A stretch of 64,000 nucleotides of DNA from an uncultured Bacteroidales bacterium. Its GTDB lineage: Bacteria > Bacteroidota > Bacteroidia > Bacteroidales > VadinHA17. The notes beneath the pieces are model-generated. The model did no database searches, was not told where the DNA came from, and saw nothing but the letters and a program-made list of their open reading frames with translations. The DNA lies in the NCBI GenBank assembly GCA_963791065.1, contig CAWBQN010000001.1, positions 3,756-67,755 of the forward strand, given 5' to 3'. Of this stretch, positions 48,727 to 57,937 are shown piece by piece (the first letter of the stretch is position 1; each line of letters opens with the position of its first letter). A program made the position numbers and the translations under genes.

Positions 48727-49554
48727 TTGAAACAGTTGAGCTCGCTGCTGAAAATATCTGTTTCTTATTTACTATTTTCTTTCTCTTTAACTGCCTCGGG
48801 CGGCGATCCTTATCGTCCTTCAGCCGGAGCCAGCGAAGCAGGAACAGGATATGTATGCATTATGAAGAGTGGTTTCTGGTCCTCATTCCACAACCAGGCA
48901 AATCTGTCAAATAATAATTCATACGCTGTTGGATTTAACTATGAGGACAGATTCAATATCAGAGAGCTTGGAACCCGTACAGCCGGGTTGATCATTCCGG
49001 CAGGGAAAGCTTCTCTCGGAGCGATTTATTCACATTTCGGATACACCGATTTTCAAAGGGACATGACAGGCCTGGCCTGTGGACTGAAACTTTCGGATAA
49101 AATATCTGCCGGGGTACAGGTGGACTATTATTCAGAAAGAACCTCCGGAGAGTATGATAATAATCAATTCATTACTTGTGAAGCAGGTCTGCTTATAATT
49201 CCTTCTGAAAACACAAGGTTAGGTATTCACATTTTTAATCCTGTCCCAAATTCCATCAGGAAATTTAGCCTGCCGATGTCTCTAAGGATTGGTGCTGGAA
49301 CTTATCTGAATAAATCACTTTTTGCAGGGGCTGAAGCCGAAATGAGCTCAGGAAGAAAATTATCGATCAGGACTGGTTTTGAATATGAAGTTGTCAAAAA
49401 ATTCTGGCTAAGAGGAGGATTCAGCAGCCCTGGCAATTCATTCAGTTTCGGATTCGGATGGCAGGTGAAAATTGTGCAGATCGATATCAGTTTTATGACA
49501 CACGAAAAGCTTGGTGTAACACCTTCTGTATCATTGATTTTTAAAATAAAATGA
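48727..49554 (+). CDS. predicted outer-membrane beta-barrel protein (PorV/PorQ-like N-terminal motif)
   Basis: 275 aa with a TTG start in the track and a signal peptide. It has SAGASEAGTGYV..FHNQANLS and alternating beta strands, and ends ..SLIFKIK. Confidence 0.55.
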   Translation: MKQLSSLLKISVSYLLFSFSLTASGGDPYRPSAGASEAGTGYVCIMKSGFWSSFHNQANLSNNNSYAVGFNYEDRFNIRELGTRTAGLIIPAGKASLGAIYSHFGYTDFQRDMTGLACGLKLSDKISAGVQVDYYSERTSGEYDNNQFITCEAGLLIIPSENTRLGIHIFNPVPNSIRKFSLPMSLRIGAGTYLNKSLFAGAEAEMSSGRKLSIRTGFEYEVVKKFWLRGGFSSPGNSFSFGFGWQVKIVQIDISFMTHEKLGVTPSVSLIFKIK

Positions 49555-49608
49555 AATCCATTAACCGCAAATTAAGTAATAAAATCAAATTCTATTTTGA
49601 AGAACTTA

Positions 49609-49645
49609 CACAGAGAGACACAGAGAATCACAGAGTTACACAGAG
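49609..49645. repeat. family D heptamer array, 5' flank of the GxxExxY gene (CACAGAG x4, exact 10-nt period)
   Basis: CACAGAG occurs at 49609, 49619, 49629 and 49639. The array ends 17 nt before the ATG at 49663. Confidence 0.85.
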
Positions 49646-49662
49646 AATATAAAAATAATATT

Positions 49663-50034
49663 ATGGAATTGAATGAAATCACAAGAAGAATTATAGGATG
49701 TGCAATTGAAGTACATAAGAGCCTCGGACCAGGATTGCTTGAATCAGCATATGAGGAATGTCTCTCCTATGAACTTATTAAAAACGGATTGAATATTAAA
49801 AGGCAACAACCAACTCCTGTAGTGTACAAAGATATAAAACTGGAATGTGGTTACAGGATCGATATTTTAGTAGAGAATTCCGTAGTTGTTGAACTAAAAG
49901 TCGTTGACGAATTTAATCCAGTTCATGAAGCTCAGATTCTTACTTATATGAAGTTTTCAAACAAATCAATTGGTTTATTGATCAACTTTAATGTTACGGT
50001 TTTAATAAATGGAATCAAAAGATATAGATTTTGA
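49663..50034 (+). CDS. GxxExxY protein (small PD-(D/E)XK-fold family)
   Basis: 123 aa from the ATG at 49663: [34 protein letters not shown].. (G-LL-E-SA-Y), ..[16 protein letters not shown]. The track start at 49597 only translates the heptamer array. Confidence 0.85.
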   Translation: MELNEITRRIIGCAIEVHKSLGPGLLESAYEECLSYELIKNGLNIKRQQPTPVVYKDIKLECGYRIDILVENSVVVELKVVDEFNPVHEAQILTYMKFSNKSIGLLINFNVTVLINGIKRYRF

Positions 50035-50076
50035 ATCTGTGGTTCTCTGTGGATACTCTGTGCAACTCTGTGTAAC
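50035..50076. repeat. family D heptamer array, 3' flank of the GxxExxY gene (CTCTGTG-type x4 + TAAC)
   Basis: ATCTGTG at 50035 and CTCTGTG at 50045, 50056 and 50066 start immediately after the stop codon. This array is the reverse complement of the 5' array. Confidence 0.85.
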
Positions 50077-50116
50077 CAAAGATATCTTCTTTATTTCTAG
50101 TAAATTATCTCAATTA

Positions 50117-52087
50117 ATGACAAAGCATGTAATAATTATTTTTCTAATTCTATTCCCGTCAGTTGCTATTGGTCAGGAAACAACTAATTCAGAATTGATC
50201 ATCAGTATTGCAGAAGAACTCGCCGCAGATGACTCCGATCCCGACGCGGTTACTGCCTTTGTAGATAAGCTAAATGAACTCACTGAGAATCCTGTAAAAA
50301 TCAACTCTTCGAGTGAAAATGAAATATCCCGGTTATTCTTCCTTTCTGATTTCCAGGTAAAAGCTCTTGCAGAATATACTCATTCTTCAGGACCGGTCGT
50401 CTCGGTATATGAAATTGCTGCAATCCCCGGATTTGACAGGGAAACGGTGGAGATGATCATTCCTTTCATCACTCTTGAGAATAAGCTGGTGATTGATTCA
50501 GATTCTGTCCGGTGGAGAAACACCTTGATATCAAATTTCTCACTGAAATCAGGAAATAACAATTCAGCTTATTTAGGCACATTATGGAAAATCCTGACAA
50601 AATACAAATTCACTGCCACCGGATTTTCAGGAGGAATGACGATTGAGAAAGATCCGGGAGAAAAGCTGCTTTCCGGCACTCCTCCTCTCCCCGATTTCTT
50701 ATCGGCATACCTTTCATATAAAGGAAGAGGAGTGATTAAAAGAATCATTGTCGGCGACTATTCCGCCAGATTCGGACAGGGTTCAAATTTAAACACCGGT
50801 ATCCGCAGAGGAGTTTCTCTTACAACTCCGGGCTATATGTCGGCCAGCGATGAGATTGTTCCCTATTCCTCAACCGAAGAAAACAGGTTTCTAAGAGGTA
50901 TTGCAGCTGAGCTTTCCCTCAGAAGTCTTGGAATATCAGTATATTTTTCAAAAAACTTCTCTGATGCTACAATTAACACTCCATCAGACCCGCAGAATAA
51001 TTTCATTGAAAGTCTATACGCTGGAGGACTCCACAACACACCCTCACTTCTCAAAAAAAAAGATGCGGTTTCTATAGTATCTTATGGATTATCATGTTCG
51101 TACAACTTTAATAATCTGAAGGTTGGGCTGGCGTGGACAGAAAACCGGCTCTCACTTCCCATATTAGTGACAATAATTGATCCTGAAAAGATCTACTCTT
51201 TTACAGGCCACAGTAACAGTCTCTATACCGTCTATTACAATAGTTTTATCAGGAAGATCCTGCTTTTTGGTGAATTATCGTTAAATAATTATAACAGGAT
51301 CGCTCTCATTCAGGGAATGTCTTTCAGGCCGTCAGACAGGTTATCAATCAATCTTCTGTTCAGAAACTATAGTGCCGGTTATACAACTTTCTATGGCCAG
51401 GGACCCGGATCCGGTTCAAAGACCAGCAACGAATGCGGGATACTGGGAAATTTTACATTCGAAGCTGCCAGACATCTGTTCATAAGCGCCGGATGTGACG
51501 TTTATAATTTCCCGTGGCTAAAGTACCGGTGCAGTGCTCCTTCTCGTGGAGTAAAGAAAGAACTAAAAGTCAGATATTTACCGACAGAAAAACTCATTTT
51601 TGATGCTTCATACGATTACCGGTTCTCTATGGCAGATAGTGCAGAAGGTCAGGGAATCCCGGCTCAAATGATGCTTATAACCAGCAGTTTAAGAGCATGT
51701 GCCCGTTATATTGTTAATGACAATCTGACTCTCGGTACAAGAGCCGACTTTAAAAAAGCTGATCCTTCGGGAAGCAAAGGTATGATGCTGTTTCAGGAAT
51801 TAAGTTACCGTTTTACGAAGATTCCGGTTACGGTCTGGGCCAGGTTTTGCCTTTTCAATACTACCAGCTGGGATTCCAGAATATACACATATGAAAATGA
51901 TCTGTTATACAGCTACAGTATACCTGCCTTATCAGGAGAAGGAAGCCGGAGCTATTTTATGGTCAAATGGTCAGTCAGAGGCCGGGCAGAGCTAAGAATA
52001 AAATACGCGATTACCTCTCTGATATCGAATGATAAATCATCTCCGGATACCGATGAAATTAAAATGCAGTTCAGGGTTGCGTTTTAG
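50117..52087 (+). CDS. helix-hairpin-helix domain protein with a large predicted OM beta-barrel
   Basis: I prefer the start at 50117 (MTKHVIIIFLILFPSVAIGQ, a signal peptide). It has a ComEA-like HhH (FQVKALAEYTHSSGPVVSVYEIAAIPGFDRETVEMI), then about 500 aa of beta-strand-rich sequence ending ..MQFRVAF. Confidence 0.6.
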   Translation: MTKHVIIIFLILFPSVAIGQETTNSELIISIAEELAADDSDPDAVTAFVDKLNELTENPVKINSSSENEISRLFFLSDFQVKALAEYTHSSGPVVSVYEIAAIPGFDRETVEMIIPFITLENKLVIDSDSVRWRNTLISNFSLKSGNNNSAYLGTLWKILTKYKFTATGFSGGMTIEKDPGEKLLSGTPPLPDFLSAYLSYKGRGVIKRIIVGDYSARFGQGSNLNTGIRRGVSLTTPGYMSASDEIVPYSSTEENRFLRGIAAELSLRSLGISVYFSKNFSDATINTPSDPQNNFIESLYAGGLHNTPSLLKKKDAVSIVSYGLSCSYNFNNLKVGLAWTENRLSLPILVTIIDPEKIYSFTGHSNSLYTVYYNSFIRKILLFGELSLNNYNRIALIQGMSFRPSDRLSINLLFRNYSAGYTTFYGQGPGSGSKTSNECGILGNFTFEAARHLFISAGCDVYNFPWLKYRCSAPSRGVKKELKVRYLPTEKLIFDASYDYRFSMADSAEGQGIPAQMMLITSSLRACARYIVNDNLTLGTRADFKKADPSGSKGMMLFQELSYRFTKIPVTVWARFCLFNTTSWDSRIYTYENDLLYSYSIPALSGEGSRSYFMVKWSVRGRAELRIKYAITSLISNDKSSPDTDEIKMQFRVAF

Positions 52088-52097
52088 AGGTGAGTGC

Positions 52098-53816
52098 TTA
52101 TGAGACAGGCGTTTTAATATCCCTTATGTTAAGCTGAAGGTTTTTGTTTCCTCTGAACTCATTCATCTCCAGTGAATAACAAATATCAAACGGATTCCCG
52201 CCTTTAATGTATTCAAAATGATTGGCCTGGCTGAAAGCTATAGCAGAAAAGCTTTTCTGACCCGTCGATTCGTGGCACAGATCTAGCTTAAGATGTTCTC
52301 CGCTCGATCCGACCATACGACCAGAACCTGTATCAAATACATTCCGGGAAACAAAAACCGGCGACATGTTTTCAGGACCGAAAGGTTGAAACTGGCTCAT
52401 CGTTTTGAAAAAGTCTTCATTTATTTCGGAAAATGACAGTTGCGTGTCAATAAAAATACGCGGTACAAGCTGTTCCTCGGTTATTGTACTGTTCACATAG
52501 TGCTCGAATCTATCCATGAATGGCCTGATATTCTCCTTTTTCAGGGTCAAACCCGCAGCAAACATATGTCCTCCAAAACTCTCGAGAAGGTCGCTGCAAG
52601 CCTCAATTGCCTGGTAGAGATCATAGCCCTGGACCGATCTGGCTGAACCTGTCGCAAATCCGTTTGATTCCGTAAGAATAACAGTAGGTCTGTAATACGT
52701 TTCTATTAATCGTGAAGCTACAATTCCTATCACTCCCTTCTTCCATGTAGGGTTAAAAAGCACTGTTGTTCTGGAATTTACAGTTCGCTGATCTTCTGCG
52801 ATCATTCGCATTGCCTCTGTAGTTATTATCCGGTCAACACTTCTTCTTTCAATATTGAAGTTATTGATCTCTTTGCTTATTCCGTTGGCAAGGCGGGTAT
52901 CGCTCGATACCAGAAGATCAACAGCTTTGCTACCGGTCTCCATCCTGCCTGCAGCATTAATTCTTGGACCAATTTTAAAGACAACATCTTCAATTGTAAG
53001 CGATTTCGTTACTTCAGATTCCCTGATTATTTCCCTCAATCCGGTCCTGGGACATTCATTTAACCTCTTTAGTCCAAAATATGCCATCACCCTGTTTTCT
53101 CCGGTAATCGGGACGATATCCGATGCAATTGAAACAGCAACGAGATCGAGATAATGTGATATCTTACTGAAGGGAATACCATGTACCCTCGAATAAGCAT
53201 GGACCAGTTTGAAACCTACACCGCAGCCCGACAGATCTTTATAAGGATAACTGCAGGAGGGTTGTTTTGGGTCAAGCACAGCCAATGCTTTAGGGATTTC
53301 TTCTCCCGGGTAATGATGGTCGCAGATTATAACATCGAGCCCTTTCGAACGGGCATATTTTACTTTTTCAACTGCTTTAATTCCGCAGTCAAGCGTGATA
53401 ACAACTTTACAATTATTCTGATATGCGAAATCGATGCCCTGTATAGATACTCCGTAACCTTCTTTGTATCTGTCGGGTATATAATATTCTACGTTGGAGT
53501 ACTGATCCTTCAGAAAAGAGTACATCAGAGCGACAGCTGTTGTGCCATCCACGTCATAATCACCATAAACGAGTATACGTTCATTCTTTTTAACAGCCGC
53601 AGATATTCTGTCAACAGCAATATTCATGTCTTTCATAAGGAAAGGATCATGAAGATAATCGAGACTTGGATTGAAGAAAGCATTCGCCTCATCAGCTGAT
53701 GATATGTTACGCTGAACCATCAGATTTGCAAGAGATTCAGATACTCCCAGAGCTCGCGCCAGTTGTTTTATTACTGCAGGGTCTCCCATTTCCTTCACAA
53801 CCCATCTTTTTTCCAT
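52098..53816 (-). CDS. recJ: single-stranded-DNA-specific exonuclease RecJ
   Basis: 572 aa with DHH motifs (GDYDVDGTT, LDCG, CDHH) and a DHHA1 domain (GGHMFAAG). Confidence 0.93.
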   Translation of the reverse strand: MEKRWVVKEMGDPAVIKQLARALGVSESLANLMVQRNISSADEANAFFNPSLDYLHDPFLMKDMNIAVDRISAAVKKNERILVYGDYDVDGTTAVALMYSFLKDQYSNVEYYIPDRYKEGYGVSIQGIDFAYQNNCKVVITLDCGIKAVEKVKYARSKGLDVIICDHHYPGEEIPKALAVLDPKQPSCSYPYKDLSGCGVGFKLVHAYSRVHGIPFSKISHYLDLVAVSIASDIVPITGENRVMAYFGLKRLNECPRTGLREIIRESEVTKSLTIEDVVFKIGPRINAAGRMETGSKAVDLLVSSDTRLANGISKEINNFNIERRSVDRIITTEAMRMIAEDQRTVNSRTTVLFNPTWKKGVIGIVASRLIETYYRPTVILTESNGFATGSARSVQGYDLYQAIEACSDLLESFGGHMFAAGLTLKKENIRPFMDRFEHYVNSTITEEQLVPRIFIDTQLSFSEINEDFFKTMSQFQPFGPENMSPVFVSRNVFDTGSGRMVGSSGEHLKLDLCHESTGQKSFSAIAFSQANHFEYIKGGNPFDICYSLEMNEFRGNKNLQLNIRDIKTPVS

Positions 53817-53820
53817 CTTT

Positions 53821-54531
53821 CTACTCCTTAATCCAATTTAAATCAAAAACTTCCTGCAGATGCATTTTTACTTTGCTTTTAACGGCTTCAATGTCCTGGG
53901 CGGTTCCCAACTCTTTCCGGAGTGATGTAACACCTTTATCGGTAAAACCGCAAGGGTTGATATTGTTAAAGTAGCTTAGATCTGTATTTACATTGAATGC
54001 AAAACCATGCATAGTTACGTACTTACTGGCTTTAACTCCGATTGCACAGATCTTCCTTGCCTTGCCTGGAACTTCAGGGTCAAACCAGACACCGGTACCT
54101 CCTTCAAGTCTTGATGCCTCAATTCCAAATTCATTTACTGTTCTGATGATTGACTCTTCCAGTCTGTAAATATACTCTTTAAGGCCGACTTTAATCAGAT
54201 CAAGATCAAAAATCGGATAACCTACAATCTGACCTGGACCATGATAAGTTATATCTCCTCCCCTGTCTATCCTGTAAAAAGAAGCATCTTTCGCTTTCAG
54301 TTGGATCAGATCGAGGAGCAGGTTGTTTTCTGATCCGCTTTTTCCAAGTGTATACACATGAGGGTGCTCGACAAAAATAAGTGTACCGGGGGGATTGGTC
54401 TGACCGGAATTGGCATCAATGTTTCCCTGCTTTTTGCCTTCAATAAGCCTGGTAAAAATATCTGTCTGATAGTCCCAGGTCTCTTTATAATCCATTTGCC
54501 CAATATCCTTATATATAACGCTATAGCTCAA
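53821..54531 (-). CDS. lipB: lipoyl(octanoyl) transferase
   Basis: 236 aa with RGGDITYHGPGQ and KICAIGV motifs. Confidence 0.92.
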   Translation of the reverse strand: MSYSVIYKDIGQMDYKETWDYQTDIFTRLIEGKKQGNIDANSGQTNPPGTLIFVEHPHVYTLGKSGSENNLLLDLIQLKAKDASFYRIDRGGDITYHGPGQIVGYPIFDLDLIKVGLKEYIYRLEESIIRTVNEFGIEASRLEGGTGVWFDPEVPGKARKICAIGVKASKYVTMHGFAFNVNTDLSYFNNINPCGFTDKGVTSLRKELGTAQDIEAVKSKVKMHLQEVFDLNWIKE

Positions 54532-54570
54532 TTTAAAATTATTGTTAAAGTCAGGCTAATATAATTAATT

Positions 54571-55425
54571 TTATCCAGCCTTTATATGATTTTCTGCATG
54601 AAATGATGATCGCACAAGGGGTCCGCATTCTACATAATCAAAACCAATCTTTAGGGCCGAAACCCTGTATTCTTCAAATTTTTCCGGCATAATATACTCA
54701 ACCACATCCATATAACCTGACAGTGGTTGGAGATACTGGCCAATAGTCAGAATTTTACAACCTGAATCATGCAGATCATTAATAGTTTGTGTGACCTCTG
54801 CCTCCGTTTCTCCAAGTCCTAACATTAAGCCTGACTTGGCTATATTGCCCTGATCTGATACATATCTTAAAACATCGAGGCTCCTGTCGTACCTTGCTTT
54901 TGTCCGAATTACAGGAGTAAGACGCTTAACCGTTTCGACATTATGTGAGATCACCTCTGGCCGTGCATCAATTATCTTCTGAATGAGTTCATGCTTCCCG
55001 TTAAAATCAGGGATTAATGTTTCGATCGTAGTACCCGGATTGATTGTTTTGATATATCTTATTGTTTCTGCCCATGCAGATGCTCCGCCGTCAGGAAGAT
55101 CATCCCGATCTACCGATGTGATAACACAATGACTTAGTTTCATCTTTCTTACCGATAGAGCCAGGCGTTCCGGTTCTTCCTGATCAGGAGGAAGAGGTCT
55201 TCCTGTTTTTGTCGCACAGAACTTGCATGCCCTTGTGCATATATCACCGAGTATCATGAATGTGGCAGTGCCCCTGTTCCAGCATTCACCAATATTCGGA
55301 CAGTTTCCGCTGGTACATATCGTATGAAGATGATTCTCTGCAACAATATGCTTGACCATGGAATAGGTTTCCCCGCTGGCTCTCTGCATTTTTAGCCAAT
55401 CGGGAAGCCGCCTTCTATTTTGCAT
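54571..55425 (-). CDS. lipA: lipoyl synthase
   Basis: It has the radical-SAM CTRACKFC cluster and the N-terminal CPNIGEC cluster. The track ORF reaches 55509. The ATG at 55425 (MQNRRRLPDWLK) fits other LipA N termini better. Confidence 0.92.
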   Translation of the reverse strand: MQNRRRLPDWLKMQRASGETYSMVKHIVAENHLHTICTSGNCPNIGECWNRGTATFMILGDICTRACKFCATKTGRPLPPDQEEPERLALSVRKMKLSHCVITSVDRDDLPDGGASAWAETIRYIKTINPGTTIETLIPDFNGKHELIQKIIDARPEVISHNVETVKRLTPVIRTKARYDRSLDVLRYVSDQGNIAKSGLMLGLGETEAEVTQTINDLHDSGCKILTIGQYLQPLSGYMDVVEYIMPEKFEEYRVSALKIGFDYVECGPLVRSSFHAENHIKAG

Positions 55426-55534
55426 GTGAATTTTCATTATTTTGAAGGGGTCAAAGTTACAAAAAATTCCCTGCTTTTGAATTTTACCTTGTGCAGCTTT
55501 GAGGTTCATATCTTATTTTGTACACAAAAAAACT

Positions 55535-55542
55535 TATATTTG
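55535..55542 (+). promoter_or_regulatory. candidate TAnnTTTG -7 box for fucI
   Basis: TATATTTG lies 45 nt upstream of the ATG at 55587. It sits inside the TTG-initiated N-terminal extension of the track ORF, which argues for the 55587 start. Confidence 0.45.
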
Positions 55543-55586
55543 TTAACTTCAATTTAAGTCTCAATTTTATAAAAATATTAATTCTA

Positions 55587-57389
55587 ATGGCGAATACTCA
55601 GTTAAAGATGATCAATAATTATCAGACAGTTATAGGTGAATTCCCTAAAGTCGGAATTCGTCCGGTTATTGATGGAAGAATGCGCGGAGTCAGGGAATCT
55701 CTTGAGGACCAGACAATGAATATGGCAAAAAATGCTGCAAAACTGTTATCATCAAACCTGAAATATCCCAATGGGAAACCCGTCGAATCTGTAATCGCTG
55801 ATACGTGTATAGGAGGTGTTGCCGAAGCAGCAATGTGTGCTGAAAAATTCAGCAGGAACGGTGTAGGCATAAGCTTAACTGTAACTCCATGCTGGTGCTA
55901 CGGAAGTGAAACTATTGATATGAACAGCGATATCCCAAAAGCGATCTGGGGGTTTAATGGTACTGAGAGACCGGGGGCAGTGTACCTTGCTGCAGCACTG
56001 GCAGGGCATACGATGAAAGGGTTACCAGCTTTCGGGATTTATGGACACGATGTACAGGATTCAGGCGATCAGACGATACCTGAAGATGTCAGTGAAAAGA
56101 TTCTGAGGTTTGTGCGTGCTGGTCTGGCTGCATCGGTGATGAAGGGTAAATCGTACCTCTCAATGGGGTCAGTCTCAATGGGTATAGCCGGTTCAATCGT
56201 ACGTGAAGATTTTTTCCAGGAATATCTTGGAATGCGCAATGAATATGTTGATATGAGTGAGTTCAACAGAAGATTGGATGAGGAGATCTATGACAAAAAA
56301 GAAGTTGAAAAAGCGCTTGAATGGACAAAGAAAAACTGCAGGGAAGGCAAAGATCTTAATCCTGCTCCTAAGTCAAGAAAACAAAAGGATAAAGAATGGG
56401 AAACTGTCGTTAAGATGACACTCATTGCCCGCGACCTGATGGTCGGTAATCCCAGACTGAAAAAGCTTGGCTTTGGTGAAGAAGCATTCGGACATAATGC
56501 AATCCTGGCAGGTTTTCAGGGTCAGCGGCAATGGACTGATCACATGCCAAATGGCGACTTCCTTGAGGCAATTCTTTGCTCATCATTCGACTGGAATGGG
56601 ATCAGACCTCCATATCTTGTTGCCACTGAGAATGATGCTATGAATGGTGTACCTATGCTCTTTGGATATCTTCTCACAAATACAGCCCAGATGTTCTCTG
56701 ATATCCGTACTTACTGGAGTCCTGAAGCAATTAAGAGAGTCACGAAAATAAAACCTGAAGGCCTTGCATCAAACGGTGTTATTCATCTCATCAATTCAGG
56801 TGCTTCAGCATTAGATTTCTCAGGCAGACAAACGAAGAAAAATGAGTCGTGTATAAAACCATTCTGGGAAATCACAGGAAAAGATGCAGCTGCTTGTCTC
56901 AGCGCTACCAGCTGGCCACCGGCAAATACCGGTTATTTCAGAGGAGGAGGTTTCTCTTCACAGTTTGATACAAAAGGCATTATGCCTATTACCATTTCAC
57001 GTGTAAACCTTGTGAAAGGATTGGGCCCGGTTCTGCAACTGGCAGAAGGCTGGACCGTTGAACTGCCCGGAAAGATGAATAAGATACTCACTGACAGGAC
57101 TGATCCGACATGGCCGACGACCTGGTTCGCGCCACGACTCACTGGAGAAGGACCTTTTACTGATGTGTATTCAGTTATGTCAAACTGGGGTGCAAACCAT
57201 AGCGCATCGAGTTATGGACATATCGGAGCCGATCTTATCACCCTGGCCTCGATCCTGAGAATCCCTGTTTGTATGCATAACGTGGCTGAAGAAAAAGTGT
57301 TCCGGCCTAGCTCCTGGAACGCCTACGGTATGGATAAAGAAGGATCTGATTACAGGGCATGTCAGACTTATGGGGCACTTTACAAATAA
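55587..57389 (+). CDS. fucI: L-fucose isomerase
   Basis: Near-collinear with E. coli FucI as I recall it: [71 protein letters not shown]. Confidence 0.95.
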   Translation: MANTQLKMINNYQTVIGEFPKVGIRPVIDGRMRGVRESLEDQTMNMAKNAAKLLSSNLKYPNGKPVESVIADTCIGGVAEAAMCAEKFSRNGVGISLTVTPCWCYGSETIDMNSDIPKAIWGFNGTERPGAVYLAAALAGHTMKGLPAFGIYGHDVQDSGDQTIPEDVSEKILRFVRAGLAASVMKGKSYLSMGSVSMGIAGSIVREDFFQEYLGMRNEYVDMSEFNRRLDEEIYDKKEVEKALEWTKKNCREGKDLNPAPKSRKQKDKEWETVVKMTLIARDLMVGNPRLKKLGFGEEAFGHNAILAGFQGQRQWTDHMPNGDFLEAILCSSFDWNGIRPPYLVATENDAMNGVPMLFGYLLTNTAQMFSDIRTYWSPEAIKRVTKIKPEGLASNGVIHLINSGASALDFSGRQTKKNESCIKPFWEITGKDAAACLSATSWPPANTGYFRGGGFSSQFDTKGIMPITISRVNLVKGLGPVLQLAEGWTVELPGKMNKILTDRTDPTWPTTWFAPRLTGEGPFTDVYSVMSNWGANHSASSYGHIGADLITLASILRIPVCMHNVAEEKVFRPSSWNAYGMDKEGSDYRACQTYGALYK

Positions 57390-57403
57390 ACAATTTTGCT
57401 TTT

Positions 57404-57853
57404 ATGGATTCACCTCAGGAAATCAGGAAAATAGAAATTGAACAGGAGACCCTCGACCATCTGAATACTACACGGAAATGGGCAATGTTTCTAGCAATTA
57501 TCGGCTTCATCTTCCTGGGATTGTTAATTGTTATTGGCGCACTCGCAGGCACTTTTCTGACAGCTTTTAGCTCCGGTAACAAAGGTCTTGGAACCGGTGA
57601 CTCCCTCATGCTCATACCTGTTCTGCTTGTTGTTGTGATACTCTTTTTCCCGGTTCTTTTCTTATTCCGTTTTTCAAAGCACGCTTCACGTGCAATACAA
57701 AACCTTGATAAACTGCGACTTCATAAAGCAATAAAAAACCTGAGATTCTATTTTGGATATACCGGGGTTCTGATAATTATTATTTTCATATTTTATATTA
57801 TCGCTCTGATTGTTACAGGATCTTCCCTGGCCTTTTTAAAAGGACTGGGGTAA
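57404..57853 (+). CDS. small four-TM membrane protein (hypothetical)
   Basis: 149 aa from the ATG at 57404. Hydrophobic helices follow ..TRKWAMFLAIIGFIFLG... It is embedded between fucI and fucK. Confidence 0.55.
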   Translation: MDSPQEIRKIEIEQETLDHLNTTRKWAMFLAIIGFIFLGLLIVIGALAGTFLTAFSSGNKGLGTGDSLMLIPVLLVVVILFFPVLFLFRFSKHASRAIQNLDKLRLHKAIKNLRFYFGYTGVLIIIIFIFYIIALIVTGSSLAFLKGLG

Positions 57854-57937
57854 TCGCAGGTTTCGTAAGTTCTTTTCCCTGTTAACCATTCAAATATGGG
57901 ACAGGCTTCTTTTTTTCTCTAGATTAACTCCTGACTA

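Noticed and set aside
49597-49662. N-terminal extensions translated from heptamer arrays ([13 protein letters not shown] at 49597; SVVLCGYSVQLCV at 50009-50116; TQKHRGAHRSTEKD at 43687-43770)
   Set aside because: The periodic peptide is an artefact of 10-nt DNA repeats. Internal ATGs followed by a proper signal peptide or conserved N termini give better gene models.
43702-50076. Heptamer arrays as a CRISPR-like array
   Set aside because: The units are 7 nt with 2-4-nt gaps, so there are no spacers of protospacer size. There are only 4 units per array and no cas genes. The arrays occur as inverted pairs.
43819-55425. Co-occurrence of lipoate salvage (lplA) and de novo genes (lipB, lipA) as an oddity
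   Set aside because: Having both routes is common in bacteria. The genes are not clustered in any unusual way.
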